From contig NC_090404.1 of assembly GCF_036365525.1 (NCBI RefSeq), positions 41,721,497 to 41,785,496 on the forward strand: a stretch of DNA of 64,000 bases, read 5' to 3'. The DNA is from Heterodontus francisci. Its lineage: Eukaryota. Below the pieces are notes generated by a model. The model did no database searches and was not told the origin of the DNA. It saw only the letters and a program-made list of their open reading frames with translations. Below, piece by piece: positions 49,855 to 64,000 of this stretch. The position numbers and the translations under genes are program-made. The stretch's first letter is position 1. Each line of letters starts with the position of its first letter.

Positions 49855-50640
49855 CTTGTCTCATGGGATGTTGGCATTGCTGGCAAGGCCAGCATTTATT
49901 GACCATCCCTTATTTCCTTTGAGAGGTGATGGTGAGCCGCATTCTTGAATTGCTGCTGTTCATCTGGTGCAAGTACACCCACCGTGCTGTTCGGGAGGGA
50001 TTTCCAGGATTTTGAACCAGTAACAGAGAAAGAACAGCGTAATATTTCCAAGTCAGAATGGTGCGTGGCTTGGAGAGGAACTTGCAGTTGGTGGTGCTCC
50101 CACACGTCTGCTGTCCTTGTCGTTCTAGTTTGTAGAGGTCGTGGGTTTGGAAGGTGCTGTCGAAGGAGACTTGGTGAGTTGCTGCAGTGCCTCTTGTATA
50201 TAGTCCACACTGCTGTTACTGTACGTTGATGGTGGAGCGAGTAAATGTTGAAAGTGGTTGATGGGGTGCCGATCAAGCAGGCTGCTTCGTCCTGGATGGT
50301 GTTGAGCTTCCTGAGTGTTGTTGGAAATGCACGCATCCAAGCAAATGGAGATTATTCCATCACACTCCTGACTTGTGCCTTTTCGATATTGGACAGGCTT
50401 TGGGGAGTCAGGAGGTGGGTTACATGCCGCAGAATTCCCAGCCTCTGACCTTCTCTTGTCGCCACAGTATGTATGTGGCTGGTCTAGATCAGTTTGTGAT
50501 CTATGGTAACCCCAGGATGTTGATACTGGAGGATTCAGCGATGGTAATGTTGTTGGATATGAAGTAGAGATGGTTTGATTCTCTCGTATTGTAGATCGTC
50601 ATTGCCTGGCATTTGTGTGTCGTGAATATTACTTACTATT
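49855..50640 (-). mobile_element. Non-LTR retrotransposon 3' fragment
   Basis: ORF 49896-50336 (KLNTIQDEAACLI...SLHHQR...SWKSLPNS). Confidence 0.72.
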
Positions 50641-51009
50641 CCTATTCAAAGGGAAAGGTTGCACCACAACTGGACTGGGACCTACATCCTCACGGGGAGA
50701 TTCATTCGTGTCATTGGCGAGGGTTTAAACTGGATTGGCAGGGGAATGGGCACCAAAATAAAGTAACAGAAAAGAAGACTAAGGTGCATATTGTGAGAGT
50801 GTTAGACAGTAGCAGGGAAGAGTATCGTTCTGTATTAGATGGGAGCAGAATGAAAAGTACGATGAAGAATGCAATGACAGGATTACAATGCACAACGTGT
50901 GGTGAATAAGGTTGGTGAGCTACAAACTGTACTGGGGATATGTTGTAGTGACAATAATGGAAAGATGACTGAAAATGGCGCTTAATATACAAGGATATCA
51001 AGTGTTTAT

Positions 51010-54000
51010 AACTGACTACCAGCTGCTGTCTTTTCTCATGTATATTGATAAGATCTAATCTATTCATAGCGTGATGTATGTGACGGGGTGATGTGGGGGA
51101 TGGGGGTAACAAATCTTATATCCTCAATATCTGAAACAACGTTATCTACCAGGTCCTGAGCCAACATGTCACAGGCCCTTCCTTTTGAGTTCACAAATAA
51201 ATGGAGGCAGATTAGTCCATCCTGCCGTGATGTTCACTACGGTGTTGGACACCCTCGAGTTGCTCCCTCCTTTCAGTAGTTTTGAGTACTGTCCTGAATG
51301 CAGGCAAGTGCTTCTGTGGATATTTACGGTGGGTGCCTCCCATGTTGCTGCTGTTACCAGGAGGGTGATCAGCTTTACTGCTACCCACCGGGCTGCCATT
51401 GCTCTGGCGGCATACCTGAAACAAAATAATTAAGAGATCTGCTGCTGACCCTCCTGTTGGCAGAAACAGAATGTCAGTCATGTAGTTTGACTTGAGACCC
51501 TGGGAGTGGTGTCATCCTGTGCGGCATTCCTGGAAAATAAAATATCAATCCCATCACTTTAAGAATTTTCTGTTCAGGATATACCTGTACCAAACCTCTG
51601 AGCTGACACACAGTGATTTTTTTTCATATGTAGTCCAAGCAGAAACCACCAAGACAGTGTGTGTGGTTTTATTTTTTTCCTAGAATCTCTTTAAATTTCA
51701 GGTTAGAATACCAACTCAAGTTAATGTAATTTAATTCATCATCTTCAATTCATTGTAGATATCTAATCAAATTCCTGAAGCTGTCAGCAATGCTGTTGCA
51801 ATAGATTTTGAAAGTTGTATGGTCAGCTTAAACTGCTGGTGGAAAGGGTTAACTTTCTGCTGGTCTGAAAGTGGGTGGGGCGAATGTTCTGGGATGGACC
51901 AGTGATGATGTTACCACCCCTTTACCTACGAAGACAGAACAAACCATGAGCTATGGAATAGTCTAAGCTCATACTTTTCAGACAAATAAGACATTTCCCA
52001 ATTACCAGTATCCGACATTAAACATTACCCTGTTCTCACATGCGTGAATTTATATCTGAATTAAAATTCCCGCGTTTATCAAAATACAGTCAGGATGTGA
52101 TTCTTAGCCATAAATCTCAAATCGAATCTTATAACTTAAACATTTAGTTTGTTGACACCTTCCTTTTATCCAACTCATATTCCTCATTGTGACATCCTTC
52201 TTTTAAAAAAATGTGCTGACACCCCTTTTGCACAAGCACCCTTCAGGGAAGAAATCATATTAAGACTTCTACACATACATTATCCACACAATTTGTGTAA
52301 TACTCATACATCTTAACTTAAGATGAAAGAAATAAAAGAAAGGAAATAAATTGCATCAGTAGTCTTGGTCCTTCATTTAAATCTGCTAAACTTCAACCAG
52401 CGGCCTCTGACAGGCATGGGGGAAGGAAAGGGTGGTCGAGTTTTCAACCACAGGAAAAATCGAATTGACAGTTCCGAGTATCATTACCTAACGTGAACCC
52501 CACCCCCCCCCACCCCCCACCCACCTTAATGTAAACCTTCTCTCACTCAACCTGCCAAAACAAAGTGTGTACTTTAACAGCTTCTCATCAACTTTCGGAG
52601 ATATCAAAACTTTAGAACATCATGTAGACCAGGCCACTGAGGGTTAATAAACCATTAGTTTGATGACACAGACAAAGCTAACACAGGCCGACAAGGAAAT
52701 CACAGTACACTAATATAATACACGAACAGAAACTTATGCACACACAAGTTTCCTTCCTTTTCATCTTTTCTGACAGCATTTTAATTTACTGTGGTGCTTC
52801 CAATTTAACTTCTCCTAACCCTTCTCTGACTCCTATCTATGTCTGCTCAAGACAGTTCTCTGAAATGATAAAAACAACCCCAAATTATTTACTGCCAACC
52901 TTCTGAGATCATTTATCTTTCCTCATGACTGCTATGCACCATGCACCCACTCTCTTGGCCTTATGTGCTCATGACAAAGTGCACAGTTGCCTTTTCCTTT
53001 GTGTCCTTCGTCTATTTGTTTGTTCTTTATCTTAGATGACATTTTAGTTTCTTAAAAGTAACTTTCTAAATGACACTAACATTTTGCATCTCAGAGTTAT
53101 TCCAAAGTCAAATAACAGTGTTGCTTGGGTGACAAGTTTTTCTTCATTCCATTGATTTCTTCCCAAAAATATTTCTCTGTATTCAGAGAAACTGACTAGA
53201 ATGGTTTTTTATGTTGTTTTTTTTTTAGTTTGTCTTAATTTGATTTTCCCATTAAACCTCAAAACATCTCTATCAGGGAAGACAGCGTTTTAGATTAAAC
53301 TCCAATTGTTTCCCAACTTTTAACATTTTGTAAGAGGCTCCTACCTCATGGAATTTTTAATGCAACAAAAATGATTCCAAATTCCAATTCACAGCACTAA
53401 ACAATTTAAAGTCAAAACTGCCAATGTTATTTATGAGCGAGCTTTATCTCTGGAAGGTCATTAATGAAATTCCAGTCTTCCCAACATAACAGGTCCATTA
53501 ACCTTCATAATTACAATTTAATTCAAACCAATGCTCATTAACTACACATAAAATACGTGCTCTTTTAAAATTTCACATTCTTAAAACAAAAGATTTAACA
53601 CCAGCTACTTAAACAAACTTTAAACAGACAGAATCTTTCCCATATCTCCTTTGTTTATCCTTATGTCTCTTAAACCAATATCCAGTTCATGACATTTGTT
53701 ACTTAAAAACAGTCACGAAGACATGCCTTTAATTTAAATTGCAAAATAAAACAAGACCCGATTTTAAACTTTCGTCCATAGAGTCATACATTCATAGAGT
53801 TATACAGCACAGAGTCAGGCCCCTCGGCCCATCGTGTCCGTGCTGGCCATCAAGCGCAAAACTATTCTAATCCCATTTTCCAGCACTTGGCCCGTATCCT
53901 CTCATGCTATAGCGTTTCACGTGCTCATCTAAATACTTCTTAAAGGTTGTGAGGATTCCTGCCTCTACCACCTCTTCAGGCAGTGCTTTCGAGATTCCAA

Positions 54001-57000
54001 CCACCCTCTGGGTGAGCATTGTTTTCCTCAAATCCCCTCTAAACCTCCTGCCCCTGACTTTAAATCTATGCCCCCTGGTTATTGACCCGTCCACTAAGGG
54101 AAGAAGTTCCTTCCTATCTAACCTATCAATGCCCCTCATAATTTTGTATCCCTCAATCCTGTCCCCCCTCAACCTTCTCTGCTCTCAGGAAAACAACCCT
54201 AGCCTTTTCAGTCTCTTTTCATAGCTGAAATGCTCCAGCCCAGGCAACATCCTGGTGAACCTCCTCTGCACCCTCTCGAGTGCAATCACATCCTTTCTGC
54301 AGCGTAGTGCCCAAAACTGTACACAATACTCCAGCTGTGGCCTAACTAGTGTTTTATACAGCTCCATCATAACCTCCCTGCTCTTATATTTTATGCCTCG
54401 GCTGATAAAGGCAAGTATCCCATATGCCTTCCTAACCATCTTATCTACCTGTGCTGCTGCCTTCAGTGATCTTTGGACAATTACGCCAAGCTCCCTCTGA
54501 CCTTCTGTACTTCCGAGGGTCTTACCATCCATTGTATATTCCCTTGCCTTGTTAGTCCTCCCAAAATGCATCACCTCACATTTCTCAGGATTAAATTCCA
54601 TTTGCCACTGCTCCTGCCATCTTAGCAGCCCATCTATATCATCCTGTAATCTAAGGCTTTCCTTCTCACTATTTACGACACCACCAATTTTCGTGTCATC
54701 TGCGAACTTACTTATCATGCCTCTTATATTCACGTCTAAATCATTAATGTACACTACAAACAGCAAGGGTCCCAACACCGATCCCTTTGGTACACCACTG
54801 GTCACAGGCTTTCACTCGCAAAAACACCCTTCGACCATCACCCTCTGCCTCCTGCCACTCAGCTAATTTTTGATCCACTTTGCGAAATTGCCCTGGATCC
54901 CATGGGTTGTTACATTCTTAACCAATCTCCCATGTGGACCTCATCAAAATCCTTACTGCAGTCCATGTAGACTACATCAACTGCTTTACTCTCATCTACA
55001 CATCTAGCCACCGCCTCAAAAAAATCAGTCAAGTTGGTTGGACACGATCGCCCCCTGACAAAGTTATACTGTCTATCCCTGATTAATCTCTACCTCTCCA
55101 AGTGGAGATTAAGCCTGTCCCTCAGAATTTTGTTCCAATATTTTCTCAATCACTGATGTTAGATCCAATTAAAATAGTGTTTTAAACTTCAAATTGGATA
55201 TCTGCCAGACATCTTCAGACATTCAAGACTGAAGCTTATCTCTTAGAAAATTGTTCATTGCCTTTTCACAGTTGCAAAACCAACTTTTAACATAAAAATA
55301 AAAACTTTAATTTAAAGTATAATTCAATTTTTATATCCCATTTCCGGGTGCACAGTCTTAACTTGAAACCGAACACACTCAACAATCACCTTCACACTAT
55401 TCAATTCCAAATAACTTAGAAAAATTGATTCCTGTAATGGGTTATGAATTCAAAGTACCAAAAATCTGCATTAAATTTCCAGTCCCCAACCGATGGAACA
55501 CGCACATCAACTAGTTCACACCCAAAACATGACTCAAGGTTCCCAAAAAAATATACATCTGCAATAATAAAACAAGAGAACAAGTAACAGACTCATACTT
55601 TCAACATTTAAGCTGGACAACAAAGAGTTAACGACGTCAGCTCCACATCACACAACTACACAGACATTGGAAGCTTCCAGCATTCATGCAGACTCGAACA
55701 AAGAAACAGTAACTTGTTTTTCCTCACTTTTAAATTTCACTAAAGCATCTAGTTTAAATTGTCCCTCTTACCTCAGCCTGATACCTCTCACTTTCCCACC
55801 TCAGCTCTCACCCTTCTAACACGTGTGACCTGTCTCTTTTCCTGAACTAGCCGAGCTAATTCAGACTTTCCAGACTGACACATGGTAAGATAGCACTTGA
55901 ATAATGTACTTATTCACTTTTTTCTGTTTTTTCCACCATTCGTTCCCCTTATTGGGGTCCTCGAGGGATCCCAACCTTCCTGCTCATTTTATCTAAAGTT
56001 CTCCTTGTTTTTGGCTGCCAGAAATTCGGTGAGTGACCCTTCAGGTCCCCACTCTGGATCCTTATTTGCCATGGCTGATGTTTTATAGTCTGACTATTGT
56101 TACTATTTGTGTGGGTATGGACCTCTCGCTCCCGTACGATCGTTCCTGCGTGGGAAACGGACCTCCCATTTCCTCTCTGAAGGTTCTTACTTACTATTTT
56201 GTGTGGGTGCGGACCTCTCACTACCCTTCACTTGGCTAACCCCAAGAACGTTATTACCTCCTCGATTACCCAAGGTACCACGATCCTGGCGCTGCGCTGC
56301 CTTAGGTTACTCCACCCGTGGGCCTATCCTTTGGTTCGGATCCTCAAATTGGCCTGCTAGCCTCCTATCCCGAACGCCGACCTCCCTATCTAATGGGTGG
56401 TAAAGTAAATGTATTCACCCACTCTCTGAGGCCAACATTCGACCGGGCACCAAGACTGAGCCTTGGGGATCCTGCCGACTACGCCAAATTGTTGTGAAGA
56501 AAATAACATGTCTCAAGTCCACAGGATTAAAATAAATAAAGGGAGTAAGGGAGAAGTGTCAGGTGAAACATCCAGAGGCTTCTCAATGAAACAGAGTCTG
56601 TAGTACAAATTTACAGAGTACAATAACCATTACTCATTTGTCCACATACCGCCCCCACCCCCTGCCCCCAACACATTCCAAAGCTGCAGCTTGATCAATA
56701 AACTAAAGTATATTTTCTTACTAATCATCCCCCGTTGCCTCCTTCCCATTCTTGAGGCTTGGTATTTCATTGTCTATAATATCCTGTGTCTCCTGCTTTG
56801 TCTCAAGGACGCTATGTTTACACAGATGTAAAGGCAATTAGACTTCTAAGTTGTGCAGCTTTCCATAAACATTGCCACGTATCCCATCATGCCCTGGTTC
56901 CCCACAACAACAGTGCTTCCATCTTCCTTCTAAGACTGTTAACGTATCATAATGCGAAATAATCTACTAATATTTTCCTACTGGTCCCATTTCAGGTATT

Positions 57001-57050
57001 GTCTCCAATACCCCAGGTCTGACACAGTTTAGCCATTATACAATGAGTAG
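51010..57050 (-). mobile_element. Degenerate ERV/LTR-element remnant with tRNA-Ser primer-binding site
   Basis: Minus strand reads ...CAACA-att-TGGCGTAGTCGGCAGGAT (56486-56469), 18 nt complementary to the tRNA-Ser 3' end. The interior is AT-rich with no intact gag/pol. Boundaries are uncertain and no second LTR was recognised. Confidence 0.6.
53775..55165 (-). mobile_element. CR1 3' fragment nested in the ERV-like remnant
   Basis: RT ORFs at 54185-54805 (KFADD) and 53867-54172. Confidence 0.88.
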
Positions 57051-57369
57051 TAATATGTGGATATGTATTTAAACGCTTACTATAGCTATTCTCCCCGGTG
57101 CACCAATACTTCCAGCAAGGGTCTGTAATACTAAGGAATAATGTCTTCTCCCCACCCCTTTATATTCCAGCCCTGTTGAGAAATGGCCAACATTCTATTA
57201 ACTAGTTTAAGTGTTTTCTCCACCTGTCTAATAACTTTTGTTTTAATTCTATGCTTGACTCCCAAATCTCTACAGTTCCTAATTTTCCATGCTTTCCAAC
57301 ATTCAGAACAAATTTTCAGGCAATTAAAAAACCATGCAAGAACTACTGAATGGAGAGCAAGAGGTCTTT

Positions 57370-59470
57370 AAATCGCCTAATATAGACTGGGTTAGTAACA
57401 ATATAACGGATAAAGAGGGCGAGGAATTTATGAAATGTGTGCAAGAGAACTTTCTTGATTACTGTATTTTCAACTCAACAAGGAAGAAGCAGCGTTGCAA
57501 CTGGTTCTTTGACAAGAAATGGGCAAGTGGAGCATGTTTCAGTGGGAGAGCAGTAGTGGATCAGAGGTCACAATATCATAAGGTTTAGAATATTTATGGA
57601 AAAGGACAATGAATAATAAAGTATAAAATACTTAACTGGAGGTGGGCTAATTTCAATGGATTGAAAAGCGGCCCTTTGTTGATCTGAATTAAAAGCGAGC
57701 AGGCAAAACAGCAATTGAACAATGAGAGGCCTTCAAAGAGGTGGTATATTCCCATTAGGGAGAAAGGAAGGGGGAAAAAAGTTGGAGTCTTCTGGATGAA
57801 CAAAGATATAGAGGTTAAAATGAGACAGAAAACGAGCACTTGTGGCAAATGTAATGTTCAAAGTAAGTGGAGAATGAAGCTGAATATAGAAATTACAGGG
57901 GAATCTAAAAAGGGGAGAAAGGCAGGCCACTATCATTAGCGATTAACATAAAAGGGGACCCAAATGTCTTTTATAAACCCATACAGTCAAATGATAGTCA
58001 AAGGAATGGTGAGGCTGGTTAGAGAGGCAGAGGGCATGGTTAAGGTAATTAATGAATACTCTGCAATTGTCTTCAATAGAGAAGAAGCTGTCAATATATA
58101 AGGGAGGAGGCAGTAGTGATGTTTGATAGGAAATAATAGATAAGGGGGATGTACTTTACATGGTGGCAATCCTCGAAGTATAAAAGTCACTCTATCCGGA
58201 TGAGAATGCATCCTGGGATGGAAATTGTGGAAGCTCTGGCCACAAACTTCCTACACTTTTGGATATTGCGGTAGTGCCAGAGGATTGGAGTGTTGCAAGT
58301 GTTATACTCCTGTTTAAAGAAAGGGGAGAGGGATAAACTCAGCAACAACAGGCCCTTCAATGTAACATCGGTAGTGGAAAAACCTTTACAGACAATTATC
58401 CAGGACAAACCTAATTCATATTTGAAAGTTATAGTCTGGTAAATTAAAGGCAGCAACGATCTGTTAAAGACAAATCGTGTTTCATTGACAGAATTGAGTT
58501 ATTTGATGAAGTAACAGAGAGGTTGATGAGGGTACTGTGGTTCATTTTGTGTATATTTGCTTTCAAAAGATGTTTGACAAATTACCACATAAGAGATTTG
58601 TTAGCAAAATTGAAACTCCTGGATTAAAGAGATAGTGGCAGCATGGGTACAGATTTTGCTAAGTGGCAGAAAGCAGAGGGTATCGGTGAATGGTTGTTTT
58701 TTTTATATATATACTGGAAGAAGGAATCGATATTAGGAACTATATATAGATATATATATATCATACACACATAATATAATATTTGGGGTTTTCCAGGGTG
58801 TAATTTTGAAGATGAAATGAAACTTGGAATGCAGCAAACAATGAGTTAGATAATAGTGGAAATCAAAAGAACATAAACAGACTGGTGAAATTGGCAGAGA
58901 CATGACAGATGAAATTTAATGCAGAAGAGTATAAAGTGACACAAAGTGATAGAAAGAATAAGGAGAGGTCATATGCAATTAATGATACAATATTAAAAGG
59001 GAGAAGGTTCAAAGAGACCTGGGGTTGGATCTACACAAATCTTTGAAGGTAGGCAGGACATGTTAAAAATGTTAAAATGTATATGTGGTCTTGGCTTTAT
59101 TAATGGAAGAATAGAATAGAAGTGAAGGAAGTTGTGCAAATCATTTATAAATTACTGGTTAGGCCTCAGCTGGACTATTCTGTTCAATTGTGGTCACCAC
59201 ATTTTAGGAAGGATGTCAACGCCTTGTAGACAGTACAATACTATGCATGAGAGATTGCAGTAATGTTGAGGCATTGGAAACGTCGAATTGTTCTGTCTGC
59301 AGCAGAGAAGGTGAAGAGGCGATTTGTTAGAGTGTTCAAAATCATGAAAGGTTTTGGTAGAGTAAATAAGAAGAAAGTGTTTCCAGTGTTAAAACGATCA
59401 GTAACCATGGGAAATATATCAGGTGATTGACAAAAGAACGAGAGGCGAAATGAGGAAACTAATTTTCAAT
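57370..59470 (+). mobile_element. Old CR1 ORF2 remnant (minus-strand CR1 remnants follow to ~61600)
   Basis: PNIDW...KCVQENFL endonuclease remnant and RT-like stretches. Confidence 0.7.
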
Positions 59471-59604
59471 CTATGTCAAAAGGCTACTCCAATTCCATCT
59501 GCAGAACCTTCTCGAATGCTTACGGGAAATCCATTCCGGTAATATCCATAGACATTTCCCTTATCAGCCTTATCAAAAAATATCAACTAGACTGGACATC
59601 AGCT

Positions 59605-59940
59605 GGTTGGCACAGTGGTGCAGCGGTTAGCACTGCAGCCTCACAGCTCCAGCGACCTGGGTTCAGTTCTGGGTACTGCCTATGCTGAGTTTGCAAGTTC
59701 TCCCTGTAACCGCGTGGGATTTTTGCCGGGTGCTCCGGTTTCCTACCACTTGCAGGTTGATAAGTAAATTGGCCATTGTAAATTGCTCCTAGTGCTGGTA
59801 AGTGGTAGGAGAATACTGGAGATGGGATTGGGGATATGTGATTAATGTAGGATTAGTATAAATGGGTGGATGTTGGTAGGCACAGACTCGGTGGGCCGAA
59901 GGACCTTTTTCAGTGCTGTATCTCTAAATAAAATAAAATA
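59605..59940 (+). mobile_element. Full-length tRNA-derived V-SINE (HE1-like) with CR1-like tail
   Basis: tRNA-like head, V-domain (gcgtggg...ccgggtgctccggtttcct), tail tgggccgaagg...cagtgctgtatctctaaataaa. Confidence 0.78.
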
Positions 59941-60254
59941 ATTTATTCAGACAAGACTTAACCTTGATAAAGCCAACTTGGTTCCCTCTCTGATCAGCTG
60001 CTATTTGTTCAGGTATTCAGTCATTCTGGCCCTGATAATAAATTGTTGCAGCTTCCACAAAAGCAACGGATATCTGACAGGCCTGTAGATTCTTAGTGGT
60101 AGAATTTTATAGCGAGTTGCAGCGCAATACGGGAGCTATCCCAGCCAGTCAATGGAACTGAATTTTCGGTGTTGCATGCAAGGAACAGCCATTCAAATCG
60201 CCCGTTTTGCACCACGGCTCGAGATGAGTGAGTGAGTGAGTGAAAGACAGACAG

Positions 60255-60660
60255 ACAGACTTGAATTTATAGAGAACCTTTCACCAACTCAGGACGCCTC
60301 AACAGCCAATGGAGAACTGTTGCAGTGTTGCAATGTTGGGAAAGTAGCAGACAGTTTGCATACAGCGAGCTCCCACAGACAGCAATGCGATAATGACAAG
60401 GTTGTCTGCATTTTGTGATGAATGAAGGACAAATATTGGCCAGGACACAGGGGATAACTTCCCTGCTGTAGTTTTTAGAAATCATGTCCTGGCATCTTTC
60501 ACATCCACCTGAAAGGACAGACAGGGCCTTGGTTTAATATTTCATCCAAATAAAGCACCTCCAACAGTGCAGCACTCCCTCAGTACTGCACTGGCGTGTC
60601 AGCCTAGATTTCTATGTTCAACTCTGGGTGATGAGAGTGCTACCAACTGAGGCTGACACT
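60255..60660 (-). mobile_element. DeuSINE-like SINE
   Basis: Deu-domain-like tract (catccacctga...ggtttaa...tcatcc...acagtgcagcactccctcagtactgcactgg...gtcagcctaga). A related copy lies at ~23590-23970. Confidence 0.6.
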
Positions 60661-63600
60661 CTTAACAGAGTGAAATTTGCAATTTTACTGTCTAACGGCA
60701 CAATTCCCAGATGATGATAACTTTGAGAAGATGTATCTGACCCTCTGCAATGTTCTCAGCTACTTATTTTAATACACTGGGATGGAAAACTTCAGGTGTC
60801 GGAGATGTATTTATCTTAAGTTCCATTATTTTCACAATTACCATCATTTGACCATTACTGAATGTAGTAAAGTACTCACTTGATTTATTTCGTTCCCTTC
60901 TCTCGCTGGTATTTTACCCTCTTCCTCTACCATGAAAACTGTCACAATGTACTTGTTTAATAAATAGTTCCTTACCTTCTTGTCTATTACAGAATCACCT
61001 GTGTCTGTCTTTAATTAGTCCATATCTCACTCAGCCACTCCCTTACACTTAACATATTTATAAAGACAAGCATTTTTATTTGCCTATATAAAATTTGCAA
61101 GTGTTTTCGTATTTCCAACTTGCAGCTTTTAATATTTTCTTTGTGTCCTTGTGTTGTTTTCTATATTCCATCCAATCCTCCTGATTGCCATTTCTCTTGA
61201 CATTTGTGTTCACAGCTTCCTTTACTTTTATACTGTGTCTTAACTCATATGTTGACCATGGTTATTAGACAATGCAAGTGGAAGGTTGCTCATTCGGTGT
61301 ATATATTGGTCTTTTACTGTTCTAAATATTTGTCTGAATGCTTCCCATTTTTTCTGTAGGTTTGCCCATTAAGAGCTCAGCCCTCCACATTCCTCTGATT
61401 TCAGACTGACTTAAAGTTAAAACCTTGGTTTATGCCGCATCTTTCTCCTGAAACTTAATATCAAAAGCTATCGTATTGTGGTCACTAAAGCCATTTATAA
61501 GATTTCCAATGACCGTTTCTTAGTTAATTTTGGCTTGTTGTTCATCACTAAATCTAATATGGCCTGCACCCTGTCCTCGACATTTCAGAAAACTGTTCTG
61601 GTGACACTCTGGGAGGTAGGAGTTCATGTCAGGATGTGGCACGAAACGGGCACTATTGGACTGACCGCTCATTATACACAGCACCTAGTATTTACTGCAA
61701 TGCAGTCAATGGAATTAAATCTGCTAAATATACTAATACTATACTATACTCGACATCCGCAGAGCTTTCCATGAAGTTCCACAGCAAAGGCTGTGGCACT
61801 GAATTAAAACACCGAGGGAAGGGTTTTTCCCCCATTATTGTTGATTGAAGCTTGGGTAGTAACAATCCGGCAGCCTGTTTAACACCTGTCTCAGCTTTAT
61901 TTTCCGTTGTTGTCATCGGTAAACCAGAAGATGAGGAAGCAATTTGTTGACAGAGGGTAAGTAGATGGTGCGAGTTTGTGTCTGATTTAGGGTCTAGAAG
62001 ATGAGTGGAGTGCCCTAAGGCTGGGAGTCAGGTATTGTTACATTTTACACATGGTCCCAATTCAGAAAATAATATAACTTCCAAATTGCAGATTAAAGGA
62101 ACAATCTAAATGCACAACCCGTGGGTTACACGAATATTTTAAATAATATATTATCGTGGACAGGATTACAACATATGAAATGCAATACACATAATTGACA
62201 CTGAAAGTAAACTGTAGTAGATACGGACTTGATAGACAGCAATTCGCTAACAGAAAAGAGGACCCACACTTGTAGTTATACAAGTGAAAGATCAACTCGT
62301 TATTGAGACATCACACTTCACCATCCCAGTAGAATGGCCCCTGCAGTGATTTACTCACACTTAATTCAATTCCTTTCAACTATCCCATTATCATAGTGAC
62401 ATGGTCTTAATTAGCTCAGTGCTTTTTCTCATAGGCATCAGTGATCAGATAGCATGCTGCAGATGATTACATAAATTCTGAGTGCTTACTTTCAGACATT
62501 GCATTATCCCCTTTATTTGTGGGAGATGTCCGTTCCCTGCGCCCCCTTACACAGTACAAGGCTTACAATCTCATATTCAGCCTTTCAGTCCCATGTTCAG
62601 CAGAACGTTGTTTAGCTCAATATGCGATGGTTTTACTTAAATGTGTGATCGTCCTACACGCTGTACAGGACATTAAGCTATTCAACTAGTATGGACACTC
62701 GTTCTCATACTCTGCGAATTCTTTACTGACCTTTCCAGCAGCAATTATCTGGGTAACATTTATACTGTCATTTTGGCCCGTTCAAAATGATTAGCCAGTT
62801 GTCATCCATGTTTTCGAACACGTCACTTGTAGTAAATTAAAATTACAAACATAATTGACTGAAACAGCACCCGTTGTGTTATTATGTTCATCACAGTTGT
62901 AGCTGTCGGGTTACATCCGAACAAAGACTCTGACCAGCTGACATGTCCAATCTGATTTAAAGTTGTATAGACATCCTCATGTGTGATGTTAATAATTGCT
63001 TGATTCAAATACTCAACGGTTGAAACACTGTTCTCTACTTCCACATTCCTTTCTTCCAAATGGCACAATTAGGGTTGCTGCACACTCGGGTTCCCCAGAT
63101 ACCATTTTAAATTCTGTTGGTCGATGACCACTTTGTGCAGATATAATTGCAAATAACCACACCGCATAATTAGAAAGGATTTATTATAGCAATAATAGTC
63201 AACTTGCAGACGCATATACTTATTGCATCTGGTCATTAGCGCTACCAAAACCGTTACAAGTACTTAAACTATTGCAACTTTCACGAGAATTGCAGCGATG
63301 AAAATACAGAATCAAACTGAAAAGTTATAAAAAATGGCTTTTCTTTTAATAAGTGGACAATGCACTGCAAAATGGCCGCCGAAGATCAGCTGACTTGGCC
63401 TGGTTATTCAAGCCCTCACTGTTTGTTAAGGACAAAAGAATACATTCCAGGCTAAGAGGTGTCAATTGCACCCATCCCAAAAACATCAAGTGACATTCTT
63501 GAATTCAATGGGTTCTTCTGAAATGAAAAAGGTATGAAGTCGCCACATACTGGCGCATTGTGTGGTCACAGCGGGGAGGGAGTCATGAGTCTTCGAACCG

Positions 63601-64000
63601 AGGTTAATGTGAGAGACTCGTACCTTGGAAAGGTGGCTCTGTGGAGGGCAAAGGGTGAGAGATCATGAGAACATCACAGAAAAGCAGTTCAGCCAAGGGC
63701 TGTGAAAAGAAGACCAGGAAAAAACAAGGAAGGAGCCCTACTGCGAATTCTACTCTTCAACTGGTTGCAGCAGAGAACTGAAAGTGGCCAGCACATCCAG
63801 CCTAAAGTCTAAACCACCAGAAAACTACAAACACCCAAGCCTGTAACTTTAACGATACTTTCCTTCAAGAAGGTTCAACAAGTGTATCATGAACCCAAAC
63901 AACTAGCTCACTTCAAACCCCTTACCATTTTCCTCTCTCTATATCTATTCTTGTGTGTGTGCATGTGTGAGTGACTGCATGTGTGGGTGTGGTTGCGACC

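Noticed and set aside
63330-64000. Possible LTR at the window end
   Set aside because: It has an LTR-like appearance only. No termini, PBS or TSD are visible within the window.

Overview
Cartilaginous-fish (shark) genomic DNA. It carries one complete, unrearranged and apparently intact IgNAR heavy-chain-only antibody cluster on the minus strand (about 43.7 kb down to 14.8 kb). The order is: octamer/TATA promoter, leader, VNAR (type II-like, Cys in CDR1), D1, D2, D3, J, C1-C5 with secretory tailpiece and poly(A) signal, TM1, and a 9-nt TM2. RSS spacers run V-22 / 12-D1-23 / 12-D2-22 / 12-D3-12 / 23-J. All exons have GT-AG boundaries, compatible phase and no stops. The rest is mostly transposon-derived: nested CR1 LINEs, L2-like and other LINE remnants, V-SINE and DeuSINE-like SINEs, Penelope-like fragments with minimal hammerhead ribozyme motifs, palindromic MITE-like elements, a tRNA-Glu pseudogene, and a degenerate ERV-like element with a tRNA-Ser PBS. 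The most notable unexplained structures are (1) a ~61-bp tandem array between the secretory poly(A) site and TM1, carrying ten sense-strand GTGAGT motifs with G-runs, (2) a possible C3 read-through secretory end with its own AATAAA, and (3) a perfect heavy-chain-orientation octamer in the promoter. All coordinates were read by eye and repeat boundaries are approximate.
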